Part shown: piece by piece, positions 32,311 to 43,041 of the stretch
How positions within the stretch are numbered: position 1 is the first letter of the stretch
Layout: each line of letters opens with the position of its first letter
From: an uncultured Acidobacteriota bacterium
GTDB lineage: Bacteria; Acidobacteriota; Blastocatellia; RBC074
Length of the DNA: 64,000 nt
Assembly: GCA_963796275.1 (NCBI GenBank)
Contig: CAWCKY010000006.1
Location: 2,464,001-2,528,000 of the forward strand
Direction of reading: 5' to 3'
Notes under the pieces: generated by a model
What the model saw: only the letters and a program-made list of their open reading frames with translations
Told to the model about the DNA's origin: nothing
Databases searched by the model: none
Made by a program: the position numbers and the translations under genes

Positions 32311-34986
32311 TCAGTCCTGTCGTAGTGCGACCATTGGGTCAACCTTTGTCGCCCGGCGCGCCGGAATATAACAAGCCAACAACGCCACCAGCATAAGTGC
32401 CATTGCGACCAGAAGCATTATCCGAGGATCAGTCGAGCTGACGCCGTAAAGAAGATTGGTCTTGAAACGAGTCAGCAACAACGAACCTGCCACACCAATC
32501 AGCATGCCCGCGAGCGTCAACGCCAGCACCTGCCCAACAACCAGCCGCAAGATGTCAAAGCGTCTCGCGCCCAAGGCTATCCGAATGCCGATTTCCTGCC
32601 GCCGTTCGCTGACGGCAAAACTGAGTACTCCGTAAATCCCCACCGCCGCCAGCAACAACGCGATCAAGGCAAAGCCGCCCACCAGCAGCATGCTGATCCG
32701 GCGCGTCGCCGTCGAACGAGCAACCAGTTCGTCCATCGTGGCCAGCAGGTAGACCGGCGCTTCTGGATCCAGTTCGCGCACCTGTTGGCGCGCCGCATTC
32801 GCCAGTCGGGACGGGTCGCCCGCCGTGCGCACGACGATGAACATGCTGCTTGAGCTGCTCTGCTCGAACAGGTCATAGGCACGTGGGTCAGGATCGAGCT
32901 CCAGAGTGTGATGGCGCGCGTCGCCGACTACTCCGATGATTTCCCGCCAGTCGGCCTGATTCCTCGGCGCGCCGAAAGAAATGCGCTTGCCGACGGGGTT
33001 TTCGTTGGGAAAGACCCGCCGCGCCAGACTCTCATTAATCATAGCCACGCGTTGCGCGCGGACAGCGTATTCAGCGGTGAAATTGCGTCCGCGCAAAATT
33101 GGGATGCCCATTGTTTTGAAGTATCCCGCCGTAGCGGATTGCCAACCGATGGTCGGGGCTTGCTCGCCCACAGATAGCGGGCGGCCTTCCACGATGACCA
33201 CCGAGCCGCTGTTAGCCCCGCTGAGTGGCAGGCTGCTGACCACGCCAACCGATTCGACGCCCGGCAAGCTTGCCAGCCGCGTTTGGAGTTTCTGATAAAA
33301 ACCCACGCGCTGCGGCGTCTGGCTAGCGCGGGCAGCAGGCAGTGAAACGACAAATGTCAGCAACCGTTCGGTGTTGAATCCGACTTTGATGTTGAGCAAT
33401 GAAACGAAGCTGCTGACGAGCAGCCCCGCGCCAACCAGCAGTAGGAAGGCCAGCGAAACCTCCGCGACGATTAACAAGCTGCGCAGCCTTCGACTGCCTG
33501 CGCCTGCAGTCGTCCGTCCGGTGCCATTTTTCAACACTTGTTGCAAGTCGGGGTGCGCAGCCACGAGCGCTGGAATCAAGCCAAACAACAATACCGTCAT
33601 CAGCGCCAGCCCGAACGAGAAGCCCAACACTCTGGCGTCAACTCCGACTTCTTCGGCGCGTGGCAGATTGAGGCCGGGAAAGTTGACCAGCGCATTCATC
33701 AGGAGCCAGGCCAGCAATAACCCGGCCACTACGCCCATCAGCGCCAGCAATAAACTTTCCGTCAGCATTTGCCGTGTCAGCCTGCCGCGCCCGGCTCCCA
33801 GCGCTGCCCGAATGGCGATTTCTTTTTGCCGGACCCCACCCGCGCCCAGCAACAAACCAGCGACATTCACACAAGCGATCAACAACACGGCGCCGACCGC
33901 CGCCATCAATATATGCAGCAGCGGGCGGACACCGCCAGTCATCTGTTCCCGCAACGAAACCAGCTTGAAGCTGCGCCCCATGTTGGTGTCGGGATAAGTC
34001 TGTTCGAGCCGTTGTCCAATCGCTTTCAGCGCTGTGCGTGCCTGCGCTGGCTCGACGCTTTTTTGCAACCGCGCGATCACTTCGTACGTGTAAATTCCCC
34101 GGCTGCCCGCCCGTCCGTGTGCGCCGGTCAACGGCAACCAAAGATCGTTATCTTCAATACGGAAAGAGGGAGACAAAGGAAATTCCAGATCGAACCAAAC
34201 AGGCATTACGCCAACGACTGTCAGGCTTTCATCATTGACTTTGATTTTTCGCCCGACGATGTCCTCCGTCCCGCCAAGACGGTTTTGCCAAAGCCGGTGG
34301 CTGATGACTACCGCTTTGTCGTTACCGGGTTGATCCTCTGCGGGCGAAAAAACGCGGCCACGAATGGCTTCAACGCCGAGCAGGCGAAAGAAATTGGTCG
34401 AAACCAGCATACCTGGGAAACGCTCCGCACCGGCCTGATCCGTCAAAGTCAGCGACTGCAAAAAGATCGCGGCGGCTTCGTCAAAGATGTCGCGCTGCTG
34501 CCGGATGTCGGCAAAATCGAGGAAACTGACTTGCTGTTGCTGCTCGCCGTGCTGCGCGTGTTTCCCCCAAATCAACACTAGGCGATCGGGCTCGGCGTAT
34601 GGCAGCGCGCGCAACAATACGCCGTCAATCACGCTGAAAATCGCCGTGTTCGCGCCGATGCCCAGTGCCAGCGTCAACACGGCAATCGAGGTGAAAACGG
34701 GCGTCTTCCGCAACATTCGCACACCATAGCGCAAGTCTTGCCCAAAGGTTTCGAGCAATGGCAAGCCTCCCTGTTCACGGTAATGCTCTTGGGTCAACGT
34801 GACGCCGCCGAGTTTGATCAGCGCTTGTCGCCGCGCTTCTTCCGGCGACATCCCGGCGCGCAGATTGTCTTCAATGTGCATGGCCAGATGGCTCTCCAAC
34901 TCTTCGGCGAATTCATGCTCGCGCCGTTTGCGATTGATTGAGCCAAAGAGCTGCGCCAGCCAGCCGCGTATTCGTCGAATCTCCAT
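32311..34986 (-). CDS. ADOP/MacB-like ABC permease
   Basis: Intact duplicated FtsX/MacB domains. The ATG (MEIRR) overlaps the PadR stop. Confidence 0.93.
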   Translation of the reverse strand: MEIRRIRGWLAQLFGSINRKRREHEFAEELESHLAMHIEDNLRAGMSPEEARRQALIKLGGVTLTQEHYREQGGLPLLETFGQDLRYGVRMLRKTPVFTSIAVLTLALGIGANTAIFSVIDGVLLRALPYAEPDRLVLIWGKHAQHGEQQQQVSFLDFADIRQQRDIFDEAAAIFLQSLTLTDQAGAERFPGMLVSTNFFRLLGVEAIRGRVFSPAEDQPGNDKAVVISHRLWQNRLGGTEDIVGRKIKVNDESLTVVGVMPVWFDLEFPLSPSFRIEDNDLWLPLTGAHGRAGSRGIYTYEVIARLQKSVEPAQARTALKAIGQRLEQTYPDTNMGRSFKLVSLREQMTGGVRPLLHILMAAVGAVLLIACVNVAGLLLGAGGVRQKEIAIRAALGAGRGRLTRQMLTESLLLALMGVVAGLLLAWLLMNALVNFPGLNLPRAEEVGVDARVLGFSFGLALMTVLLFGLIPALVAAHPDLQQVLKNGTGRTTAGAGSRRLRSLLIVAEVSLAFLLLVGAGLLVSSFVSLLNIKVGFNTERLLTFVVSLPAARASQTPQRVGFYQKLQTRLASLPGVESVGVVSSLPLSGANSGSVVIVEGRPLSVGEQAPTIGWQSATAGYFKTMGIPILRGRNFTAEYAVRAQRVAMINESLARRVFPNENPVGKRISFGAPRNQADWREIIGVVGDARHHTLELDPDPRAYDLFEQSSSSSMFIVVRTAGDPSRLANAARQQVRELDPEAPVYLLATMDELVARSTATRRISMLLVGGFALIALLLAAVGIYGVLSFAVSERRQEIGIRIALGARRFDILRLVVGQVLALTLAGMLIGVAGSLLLTRFKTNLLYGVSSTDPRIMLLVAMALMLVALLACYIPARRATKVDPMVALRQD

Positions 34987-35327
34987 CACGACTCCTGTGG
35001 CGGCACGAAGAAGCGCGCCAGAATTGCCGTTGTCGTCTCCCATTTCTGGGTTTCTTTCGCCAGCCGTTTGCGCCCTGCGCGTGTCAGCTTGTAATACTTC
35101 GCTCTGCGATTGTTGTCCGACGATCTCCACTCCGACGCGATGTAGCCTTCCTGTTCGAGCTTCAACAAAGATGGATAGATCGTGCCGTAATTGATCGCCA
35201 GCTTGTTTTCGCTGATCTGTTCGATGCGCCGGGCGATGCCGTAGCCGTGCAATTGCCCCAGGGCTTCAAGCGTCTTGAGCACCATCAGGGCGAGAGTGCC
35301 TTGCCAGACATCGGTTTTCTCACTCAT
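34986..35327 (-). CDS. PadR family regulator, acidobacterial type
   Basis: [43 protein letters not shown]. Confidence 0.93.
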   Translation of the reverse strand: MSEKTDVWQGTLALMVLKTLEALGQLHGYGIARRIEQISENKLAINYGTIYPSLLKLEQEGYIASEWRSSDNNRRAKYYKLTRAGRKRLAKETQKWETTTAILARFFVPPQES

Positions 35328-35352
35328 GGTTTTTGACTCCTGATTTGTAAAC

Positions 35353-35407
35353 CTCCTATGGGGAAGTTATAGGGAGAATGGCACAGCTTATATGGGAAAG
35401 CAATAGC
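35353..35407 (-). promoter_or_regulatory. sigma70 promoter and paired operator of PadR-2
   Basis: TTGCTT-17-CATTCT (35403-35375). Related quasi-palindromes CCTATGGGGAAGTTATAGG and ATATGGGAAAGCAATAGC. Confidence 0.6.
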
Positions 35408-35595
35408 AGAAATCAACAGCGTCGAACGAAAGGGCGAGTTGTGTAGGCATCCATTGATCTCCAGAAAATATAGAGTGGAGTGGCAATAAATGCTTAAAGG
35501 CCAGCCAGGCGAACAAGAAAACAATTATCCGACCGAATTGGACGCAATCACAGAAAAATATCATTTCAAATGCGAGCCAACCGATCCTTGTACTT

Positions 35596-38271
35596 CTATT
35601 CAGATTTGAGGGCTACTATTGGATCAACCTTGGTTGCGCGCCGCGCCGGTAGATAACAAGCCAGCAGCGCGACACTGATTAACAAAAGCGATACGCCCAT
35701 GAATGTCAGAGGGTCAGTTGCCCTCACTCCATACAGCACACTTGCCAGCAGGCGCATCATCGCCCATGCCGCAAGCAGGCCAATGGCCGCGCCGCGGAAC
35801 GTGAGCCTGGCGCCGTGGCGCATTATCAACATAAGCGCATCTGAAGGTTGCGCGCCCAGCGCCATTCGGAGTCCGATCTCCTGCGTACGGTGCGTGACTA
35901 CGTAAGACATCACTCCGTACAGCCCAACCACCGCCAACCCAACCGCGATCGCCGCGAAGATTCCGAGCAGCAGACTCAGAGACCGCAGCCATCGGGTTGA
36001 TCTCCAAACGGACTGGTCGAGCATCATTATGCCGACGACGGGCTGCTTCCTGTCGAGTTTGAGGATTTCCGAACGTATCGCTTCATTCAGACCGGATGGA
36101 TCGCCGTTGGCGCGCAGGACCAGAGTCATGAAAGGGAAGGGCTGCTGCAAGTATGGCTCATAGATTTGCGCGGGCGTCTCAATATTCAGGTAATTGGACT
36201 TTACATCGCCGGCTACGCCGACGATCTCGCGATATACTTCATCTCCGTTGGTTAATAGGATGCGTTTGCCGATCGGGTCTTCATTCGGGAAAAACTTCTT
36301 CGCCATCGTATTATTGATAATGGCGACGCGCGGGGCACCTTTTGTATCGCGCTCACTGAAATAACGACCTCTCAACAATGGAATTCCAATGGCTTTGAAA
36401 TAATCGGGACTTACCGAAGAGTAATAGGCGTGTGGCTCTTGTCCCGGTTCAAAAGGCGCCCGGCCTTCGATCCTGAAGCCTTGGTTCAGTAATTTGAACG
36501 CCTCTTCAAAATCGCCCCACTGACCGTCGCTGAATGGGACGGCGCATGCCGCGCCCGCGACCTGCACGCCCGGCAAAGCGGCGACTCTCTCTATCAATTG
36601 CGTATAGAATGCGGCTTGTTGATCTTTTCCGCGGTACTTCTCCTTCGGCAATGAAAACGAGATCGTCCGCACGTTGTTCGGATTGAAGCCCGGATCGACC
36701 TGTTGCAGGTTGATAAAGCTACGGATCATCAATCCGGCTCCGATTAACAGAATCACCGACATCGCGACCTCGATCACGACCAGAGCGTTGCGCATGAACT
36801 GTTGGCGCTGCCCGGATGTCGAGCCGCGCCCGGCGTCTTTCAGAATTTCATTCATGTTCGGTCTGGACGCCTGCAACGCTGGAACAATTCCAACTATGCA
36901 ACCCGTCAACAATACAACCGCGAGATTAAAGGCGAGCATGCGGTCGTCCAGAGAAAGATCAAGCACGCGTAGCTGATATTCGCCCATCAACGACGTCGCC
37001 ATCAGAATCTTGACGCCCCAGTTAGCCAACGCCGCGCCCACAACTCCGCCCGCCAGCGACAACAGCAAACTCTCGGTGAGCATCTGGCGGACGATGCGCC
37101 AGCGGCCGGCGCCGAGCGCGGCGCGAATGGCTATCTCCTTTTGGCGGGCGGCGGCGCGTGCCATCAGCAGGTTCGCTACATTTGCGCATGCGATCAAAAG
37201 GACGAAAGCGACGGCGCTCACCATGAGAGCCAACTGTGTCTTGGTGTGGTCGGCGGCGTAGTCGAGCAACGTAAGGAGCCTCACATTCCAGCCGGTGTTG
37301 GAGTCGGGGTATTGTTTCGCCAGATTGCTGGCGATGAGGCTCATTTCCATGCGCGCCTCTTCGAGCGTGACGCCCGGCTTGAGCCGCCCGCACGGAAAGA
37401 GATAGCGCGAGTCATATTGCTGAGATTGCTCGGCCGTGATCGCCAGCGGCGTCCAGACGTCAGTATCTTCCATACGTAGCCCCGTGGTTGGCGCCGTCAC
37501 GCCTATCACCGTGTAAAGCTGATCATCGAGTGTGATGGTCCGGCCCAGGATGTTTAGATCGCCGCCGAAGCGCCTCTGCCACAAATTGTAGCCAAGGATT
37601 ACCACCCTGTTGTGTCCTGGACGATCTTCCTCAGGCAGAAAATAGCGGCCGATCATCAGCCGCAGGCCGAACATGGGAAGAAAGCCAGGAGTAGAGGGCA
37701 TGCCGCGCACCCGCTCGGGATTGATCTCGTCGGTCAGGTTAAAATATCTGACGGTTATGGCTTCGAGAGGCGCAAACATCGTGTTCTGCTTTTGCCAGGC
37801 GAGGAACGCGGCCGGCGAAACCTGGGAGTCGTTGGTCTCCGGCAGTTTCGTCTCGCGCACCACTATCAGCCTGTCCGGGTCGGGATACGGAAGCGGGCGC
37901 AACCACACCGCATTGATGATGCTGAAAATCACGGTGTTCGCGCCGATGCCGAGCGCCAACGTCAGCATGGCGGTTAACGTGAAACCTGGATTGGTCCACA
38001 ATAGGCGCGCACCATAGCGCAGGTCCTGCCAGAGTGTTTCTAACCATCTCCCGCCGCGAATGTCATAGCCGCGTTCAGTGCTCCGGCTCAGGTCGCCGAA
38101 CCTTTTCAGGGCAGCGGCTCGCGCCTCGTCTGGCGACATCCCTCGCTCGATATTCGTCTCCGTCTCCATCTCGATGTGGACGCGCAATTCTTCTTCAATG
38201 TCACGCAATACGCTTTCTCGCCGAAACAAGGCGCGCAGCCGCGCCCTGAGAATGTTGAACCATTCCATCAT
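35596..38271 (-). CDS. ADOP/MacB-like ABC permease
   Basis: Intact 891 aa. [49 protein letters not shown]. Confidence 0.93.
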   Translation of the reverse strand: MMEWFNILRARLRALFRRESVLRDIEEELRVHIEMETETNIERGMSPDEARAAALKRFGDLSRSTERGYDIRGGRWLETLWQDLRYGARLLWTNPGFTLTAMLTLALGIGANTVIFSIINAVWLRPLPYPDPDRLIVVRETKLPETNDSQVSPAAFLAWQKQNTMFAPLEAITVRYFNLTDEINPERVRGMPSTPGFLPMFGLRLMIGRYFLPEEDRPGHNRVVILGYNLWQRRFGGDLNILGRTITLDDQLYTVIGVTAPTTGLRMEDTDVWTPLAITAEQSQQYDSRYLFPCGRLKPGVTLEEARMEMSLIASNLAKQYPDSNTGWNVRLLTLLDYAADHTKTQLALMVSAVAFVLLIACANVANLLMARAAARQKEIAIRAALGAGRWRIVRQMLTESLLLSLAGGVVGAALANWGVKILMATSLMGEYQLRVLDLSLDDRMLAFNLAVVLLTGCIVGIVPALQASRPNMNEILKDAGRGSTSGQRQQFMRNALVVIEVAMSVILLIGAGLMIRSFINLQQVDPGFNPNNVRTISFSLPKEKYRGKDQQAAFYTQLIERVAALPGVQVAGAACAVPFSDGQWGDFEEAFKLLNQGFRIEGRAPFEPGQEPHAYYSSVSPDYFKAIGIPLLRGRYFSERDTKGAPRVAIINNTMAKKFFPNEDPIGKRILLTNGDEVYREIVGVAGDVKSNYLNIETPAQIYEPYLQQPFPFMTLVLRANGDPSGLNEAIRSEILKLDRKQPVVGIMMLDQSVWRSTRWLRSLSLLLGIFAAIAVGLAVVGLYGVMSYVVTHRTQEIGLRMALGAQPSDALMLIMRHGARLTFRGAAIGLLAAWAMMRLLASVLYGVRATDPLTFMGVSLLLISVALLACYLPARRATKVDPIVALKSE

Positions 38272-38279
38272 CAGCCTCC

Positions 38280-38612
38280 TCAGACTGCTTTTCTGACTTT
38301 CGCAATGGCCAGGACGAGCCGATCCCAGCTCTCTTCCTCGGCTTTGAGTTGTTTACTTCCTGCCTTGGTCAGCGTGTTGAACTTGGCTCGGCTGCCAGTC
38401 TCAGTTACGCCCCACTTGGAGGTGATCCAACCACGCTGCTCAATCCGGTAGACAGCTGGGTAGAGGGAGCCTTGTTCGACTTCCAGTAACTTGTCAGACA
38501 ACTGCCGAATGCGCTGGATGAGGCCGTAGCCGTGGAGCGGCCCTAAGCTGAGGGCCTTGAGATTGAGCATGTCGAGAGCGCCTTGCAGTATATCCGCCTT
38601 CGGTCGAGTCAA
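38280..38612 (-). CDS. PadR family regulator, acidobacterial type
   Basis: ILQGALDML..HGYGLIQRI..EQGSLYPAVYRIE. TTG start after GGAGG. Confidence 0.9.
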   Translation of the reverse strand: MTRPKADILQGALDMLNLKALSLGPLHGYGLIQRIRQLSDKLLEVEQGSLYPAVYRIEQRGWITSKWGVTETGSRAKFNTLTKAGSKQLKAEEESWDRLVLAIAKVRKAV

Positions 38613-38648
38613 ACTTAACCTCCAAATCGGGGGTGCTTATTAGTCACA

Positions 38649-38697
38649 CTCAGAAATTCTAGGTGTAGATTAGGCAGGGAGACCTAGAATGTCAATG
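38649..38697 (-). promoter_or_regulatory. sigma70 promoter and paired operator of PadR-3
   Basis: TTGACA-17-TAATCT (38695-38667). Perfect inverted pair ATTCTAGGT-N17-ACCTAGAAT. Confidence 0.65.
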
Positions 38698-38893
38698 CAT
38701 AGTCCGTGAGGCTTCTACATAGTTAGGCGACGGATTTGTGCGCGGCGCGTACAGACATTACCCAATATATGCCCAAAGGTCAGCCAAACGAGAGTAAAAG
38801 CACCGTGTCAGGAGGAGGAGACACTCGGCGAGATAGCTCGATGGCTGATAGGCGAGGGCGAGTGGTGCACTCATCACAGACATCGCTCCCATA

Positions 38894-39433
38894 TGACATT
38901 CAGTTTGGTCGTTTAACGCCCATGCCGAATTGCAGCGTAGCGGCAGGGATGAGTCTAATCCGGCGTTTCAACGCTGCGTTTCAACGCCGGCACCGGCATC
39001 CATCGTCGCGTAGCGACGGCGTGAATATAGCTGTGGGTTTCAACCAATGGCTGGCTTTCCGTGAGTTAATACCGTCGTTACCTATATCTTTTCACGGAAG
39101 CCACATTTTCCTCGCCGCGATAGCGGCGGCTGATTGTAGCCGTGGGTTTCAACCAGGTTTCAACCCACGGTAGACACGTGAGATTGTTCCGCGTCGCGTC
39201 AGCGACGCTTGACTCAACCGTCGCTGACGCGACGCGGAGCGTTTTACTGGCTTTCCGTGCGTTAAAACGCACGGCTACATTCACGCCGTCGCTACGCGAC
39301 GAAGAAGGTGTACATTTCGTGCGAAAGTTTGGGAATAACAAAATGTTGAAATGCCGGGTTACATCCATAGCATCGAGATGTGGCGGAATCGAAGCAGACA
39401 ATCTTTGTTAAACCGATTGCCTGAAGCTCGATA
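38894..39433 (+). repeat. REP-rich dispersed repeat, copy 2 (long form)
   Basis: Same ends as copy 1 (TGACATTCAGTTTGGTCG ... AAACCGATTGCCTGAAGC) plus an extra internal module. Confidence 0.9.
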
Positions 39434-39816
39434 GTTACGGATTTCGAGAGAGCATAAAAAATCTATAGACTGTGTAGTCAAGCCTATGCAAATTTGATGA
39501 GATCAGGCCCAGGATAGAGCCGGAACTGTTGATCTTCCAAAGATATCTTTGCTGAATCATCATCATCATTAAGGTTGCACGTTTTTTTGCAATTTGGATT
39601 TAAGAGCGGGGTCCAAAGTAGACATCTGCAACAATTGCAACAGAGATATTAAGCTATTCGTGTCTGCCCTAAACTTGGCCTCCAGTCCGGCGAATAGTTC
39701 GTTTGAGACGTGAAGAAGGGCAGGCCGTATGCCCGTTTACGTTGTCAATCTGCCGAAGAACCTTGCGAATCGCAGGCCCTTCAACGACCGACCGGCGCAG
39801 CTCCGAGAAGCGAAAT

Positions 39817-41121
39817 TCATTTACCAAAAGCGTAAAGGTGGCTTTCGGTTCTCACGTAGATGCTACCTTCGATTAACGCGGGCGTTGCCATGATCGCACC
39901 GTCAAGTTTATTGGTGGCCAGAATTTTCAACTCGGCACCGGCATCCATAACAATCACCACGCCCTCTTCAGATGCAATGTATATCTTGTTATCGGCCGCC
40001 ACCGGGGATGAGTAGTAGTAGCCCGGCGCTCCCAGGCGCCCGCTGTAAACCAACTCGCCAGTTTTTGCCGCTCGACAGAAAACGATGCCGCCGTTCTGGA
40101 AAGTATAAAGTCGCCCGTTGTAATACAAGGGGGAGGGAACACCGGGCACCCCCTTCTTCTCCGACCATATGATATTCGCCTGGCCGATTTCACCCTTGGT
40201 GCCCGGGCGTACGGCCACTATGCGAGCAGAGTTGTTCGCATAGAACTGTGCGGCCCTATCAGGGTTCCGCTTTTCAGCCGCCGTCTCCAAAATTATGTCT
40301 GGCGCGGCGAAAAATAGCAGACCGCCGCCAATCACGGGTGTGCTTTTCCCACACGGCGGCAGACCTCCCACCCACCATCGCTCAACGCCATCCGTGAGGT
40401 TGTAGGACATCAGACGCTGGTCCGGCTTAAAGTCGCCTCCCAGAACGACAACCTCGTCGATTCCGTCGTGACGCCAATGCACAGGAGTCGACCATCCATA
40501 CTGAAACATTGATCGGTCCGTCATCCAGACTGTCCGCCCATTGCGGCGATTTACGCCGAACAGGTATGCATCTTTCCCTTGATGATTGAGCACAACCAAT
40601 TCACCGGCGACAATTGGTGAAGAGACCGCCCCATAGGGATTCTCCGGCAAAGGGAGTCGCCTTTCCCACTTCTGATTTCCATCCAGGTCGTAACACACTA
40701 ACCCGTAAGACCCGAAGTAGACATAGACCCGCTCTCCGTCAGTGGCGGGCGTGGCACCGGCGGGGCTGCTGATATCATGAACTTTTTCGATTTGTTCCGG
40801 CGCCACCGTACGCCGCCATAGAATCTTGCCCGTGCCTCGGTCGATGCACAGTGTTGCAAGAATCTTGTTCGCCCGATCGAATTCCGTCAGGAAAATCCGT
40901 CTTTCCCAGATGACTGGCGACGACAGGCCAGCCCCCACGGCAGTCTTCCAACGGACGTTCTGTCCGGGGCCGAAGTTAACTGGAGATTTGCCTTCGCCGA
41001 TACCCGAGGAATTCGGACCTCTAAACTGTGGCCACCACGCCTTGCCGCTGTTCTGCGATGAGCCTGCGAAACTTGACAGAATGATTGTGGCCAAAAGAGT
41101 GATCAAAAGAGCTCGTGACAT
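39817..41121 (-). CDS. PQQ-binding-like beta-propeller protein (BamB-like repeats), exported
   Basis: WPQFRGP, SSPVIW, TPATDGERVYVYFGSYGL, YYSSPVAADNKIY, ATPAL. Confidence 0.88.
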   Translation of the reverse strand: MSRALLITLLATIILSSFAGSSQNSGKAWWPQFRGPNSSGIGEGKSPVNFGPGQNVRWKTAVGAGLSSPVIWERRIFLTEFDRANKILATLCIDRGTGKILWRRTVAPEQIEKVHDISSPAGATPATDGERVYVYFGSYGLVCYDLDGNQKWERRLPLPENPYGAVSSPIVAGELVVLNHQGKDAYLFGVNRRNGRTVWMTDRSMFQYGWSTPVHWRHDGIDEVVVLGGDFKPDQRLMSYNLTDGVERWWVGGLPPCGKSTPVIGGGLLFFAAPDIILETAAEKRNPDRAAQFYANNSARIVAVRPGTKGEIGQANIIWSEKKGVPGVPSPLYYNGRLYTFQNGGIVFCRAAKTGELVYSGRLGAPGYYYSSPVAADNKIYIASEEGVVIVMDAGAELKILATNKLDGAIMATPALIEGSIYVRTESHLYAFGK

Positions 41122-41639
41122 GATGGACTCCGGTTTGGTTTATCTTTCGAAATTCGATCCGGACGACAATCCGGTTCGTGTGCTCCCAGCAGCGAATGGT
41201 TTGCTCCGAGAATCCACAGCGACCTCTTGAGAAGCGGATATCTATCGAGTAAGTGATATCGGTAAGCAAGAAGTTTCAAGTTGGGAAAGTTTGCTGATCG
41301 GCGTGTGTCCAAGCCAAAGCCGTCGACCATCCGCCCCTGCGGTAACGGGCAAGTTGTCTAACCGCAAACAGTAAATGTCCGTGCCTGAGCAGTTCGGTGT
41401 GAAGGTTTTATTCGGATGTATGCGCCGAATGAATTGCTCTTAATGCCGTGGCCGCAAGCTAGATGCGGACTGCAAAAGCTGGCACAATACGCTCAGACAC
41501 CGAATGAATCCGGGAGATGCAATGCCCCGTATCCCGTATAAAACCCCGTATAGTAGGCCCCGTACAACCTTACAATAAGATTGACTCATTACTGCACCTC
41601 ACTGCGAACCGTGCAGAAACTAATTTTCGGAGCAAACGA

Positions 41640-42242
41640 ATGAAGAAATATGTCATGTTGTTGGTTCTTGCCGTTCTGATTATTACCTCCTTCTCCATCG
41701 CCCTGACGTGGGACGGAGGAGATCCTCTTAAAGATGGAGAGACGATGGTTGAAAAATCGGTGCTAGACTTCACTATGAAAAGCATCGACGGCGATGATGT
41801 AAAGCTGGACAGTTATAACGGGAAGGTTTTGATGCTGGTCAATGTCGCGAGCAAGTGCGGCTATACCAAGCAATATAAGGGGCTGGAGTCCGTCTATCAG
41901 AAATACAAAGAGCAAGGGCTGGTCGTAATGGGCTTCCCCGCCAATAATTTCTTTTGGCAGGAACCAGGGACGAACGAGGAGATAAAGACGTTTTGCACGA
42001 CGAAATACAACGTGACCTTTCCGATGTTCGCAAAGATTTCGGTCAAGGGAGGCAAGATTCACCCGCTGTACAAATTCCTGACGAGCAAGCAGACGAATCC
42101 GGAATTCAGCGGAGGCGTTTCATGGAATTTCAACAAGTTTCTGGTCGATCGAACAGGAAAGGTCATCGCCCGATTTTCAAGCAAAGATGAGCCGGAAAGC
42201 GTAAAAGTCGTAACGGCGATTGAGCAAGCTCTAAAGCAATGA
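41640..42242 (+). CDS. Glutathione peroxidase (Cys type) with N-terminal signal/anchor
   Basis: VNVASKCGYT, GFPANNF..QEPG, VSWNFNKFLVD. Confidence 0.93.
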   Translation: MKKYVMLLVLAVLIITSFSIALTWDGGDPLKDGETMVEKSVLDFTMKSIDGDDVKLDSYNGKVLMLVNVASKCGYTKQYKGLESVYQKYKEQGLVVMGFPANNFFWQEPGTNEEIKTFCTTKYNVTFPMFAKISVKGGKIHPLYKFLTSKQTNPEFSGGVSWNFNKFLVDRTGKVIARFSSKDEPESVKVVTAIEQALKQ

Positions 42243-42264
42243 GCTCTAAGCGTTAAGACAAGGA

Positions 42265-42474
42265 TCAATCGATCGCGATCATCACATCGCTCGCTTTGAT
42301 GACGGCATAGACATCTTTGCCGGCAGACAAAGTTAGCCGCTCGGCCGATTCTTTTGTGATGATCGCGACGACCTCAAGTCCATCGGCGAGTTCGACGATC
42401 ACCTCAGTATTAACCGCACCGGGTAGTATCTGCTTGACCGTACCCTTCAGAGTATTGCGCGCGCTGATATCCAT
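42265..42474 (-). CDS. mop: Molbindin / Mop (single TOBE domain) molybdate-binding protein
   Basis: ISARNTLKG...IITKESAERL...AVIKASDV. Confidence 0.9.
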   Translation of the reverse strand: MDISARNTLKGTVKQILPGAVNTEVIVELADGLEVVAIITKESAERLTLSAGKDVYAVIKASDVMIAID

Positions 42475-42748
42475 TATTTATACCGCTCCCATCTGTGAAT
42501 TTTGGCCTCAGGGAATCACTGTATATCATCTCTGCGTCCAGGCTCAATAAGAATCATCCGAAATACCATAAGACGTCAAAAAGTTTGATGAAACCATATC
42601 AAACCGTATAGGTATACGTGCATTCTATTGCGATAATCCGGTAGTAACGGTATAGGATAGTATACTTAGGTGTTTACATCGGCAATGTCGCATTTCAGCC
42701 GCGTTAGCCCACAAGAGCGCAAGGCTAATGCGGCTTAAAGAAGTCGCT

Positions 42749-43021
42749 ATGCTTTACATGATAATCGAGAAATTCAAGCATCAGGACCCGATTCCTGTCT
42801 ATCGGCGCTTCCGCGATCGCGGTCGTCTGGCTCCGGTAGGCTTGCAGTATATATCGAGCTGGGTCGATGAAAAGCTTGAACGTTGTTTTCAACTGATGGA
42901 GACATCAGATCGCAAACTTATTGACGATTGGATCGCCAATTGGATCGATCTCGTCGAGTTCGAAGTTTACCCGGTCATGCTCTCAGCGGAAGCTGCGGAG
43001 AGAGTCGCTGGGCGACTCTAG
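42749..43021 (+). CDS. DUF3303-like small protein
   Basis: MLYMIIEKF..PVYRRFRDRGR..YISSWV..CFQLME..W.DLVEFEVYPV. Confidence 0.75.
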   Translation: MLYMIIEKFKHQDPIPVYRRFRDRGRLAPVGLQYISSWVDEKLERCFQLMETSDRKLIDDWIANWIDLVEFEVYPVMLSAEAAERVAGRL

Positions 43022-43041
43022 GGTAAGACAACAATTCAATC

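Noticed and set aside
34987-35130. N-terminal extension of the 939-aa ADOP ORF
   Set aside because: It overlaps padR. The ATG coupled to the padR stop at 34986 is the more plausible start.
38736-39411. ORFs within the dispersed repeat (also 20044-20529, 57859-58314, 58370-58561)
   Set aside because: They are open frames produced by palindromic GC-rich repeat DNA, are broken by indels between copies, and carry no transposase motifs.
41856-41858. Possible selenocysteine in glutathione peroxidase
   Set aside because: The active-site codon is TGC (Cys), not TGA.
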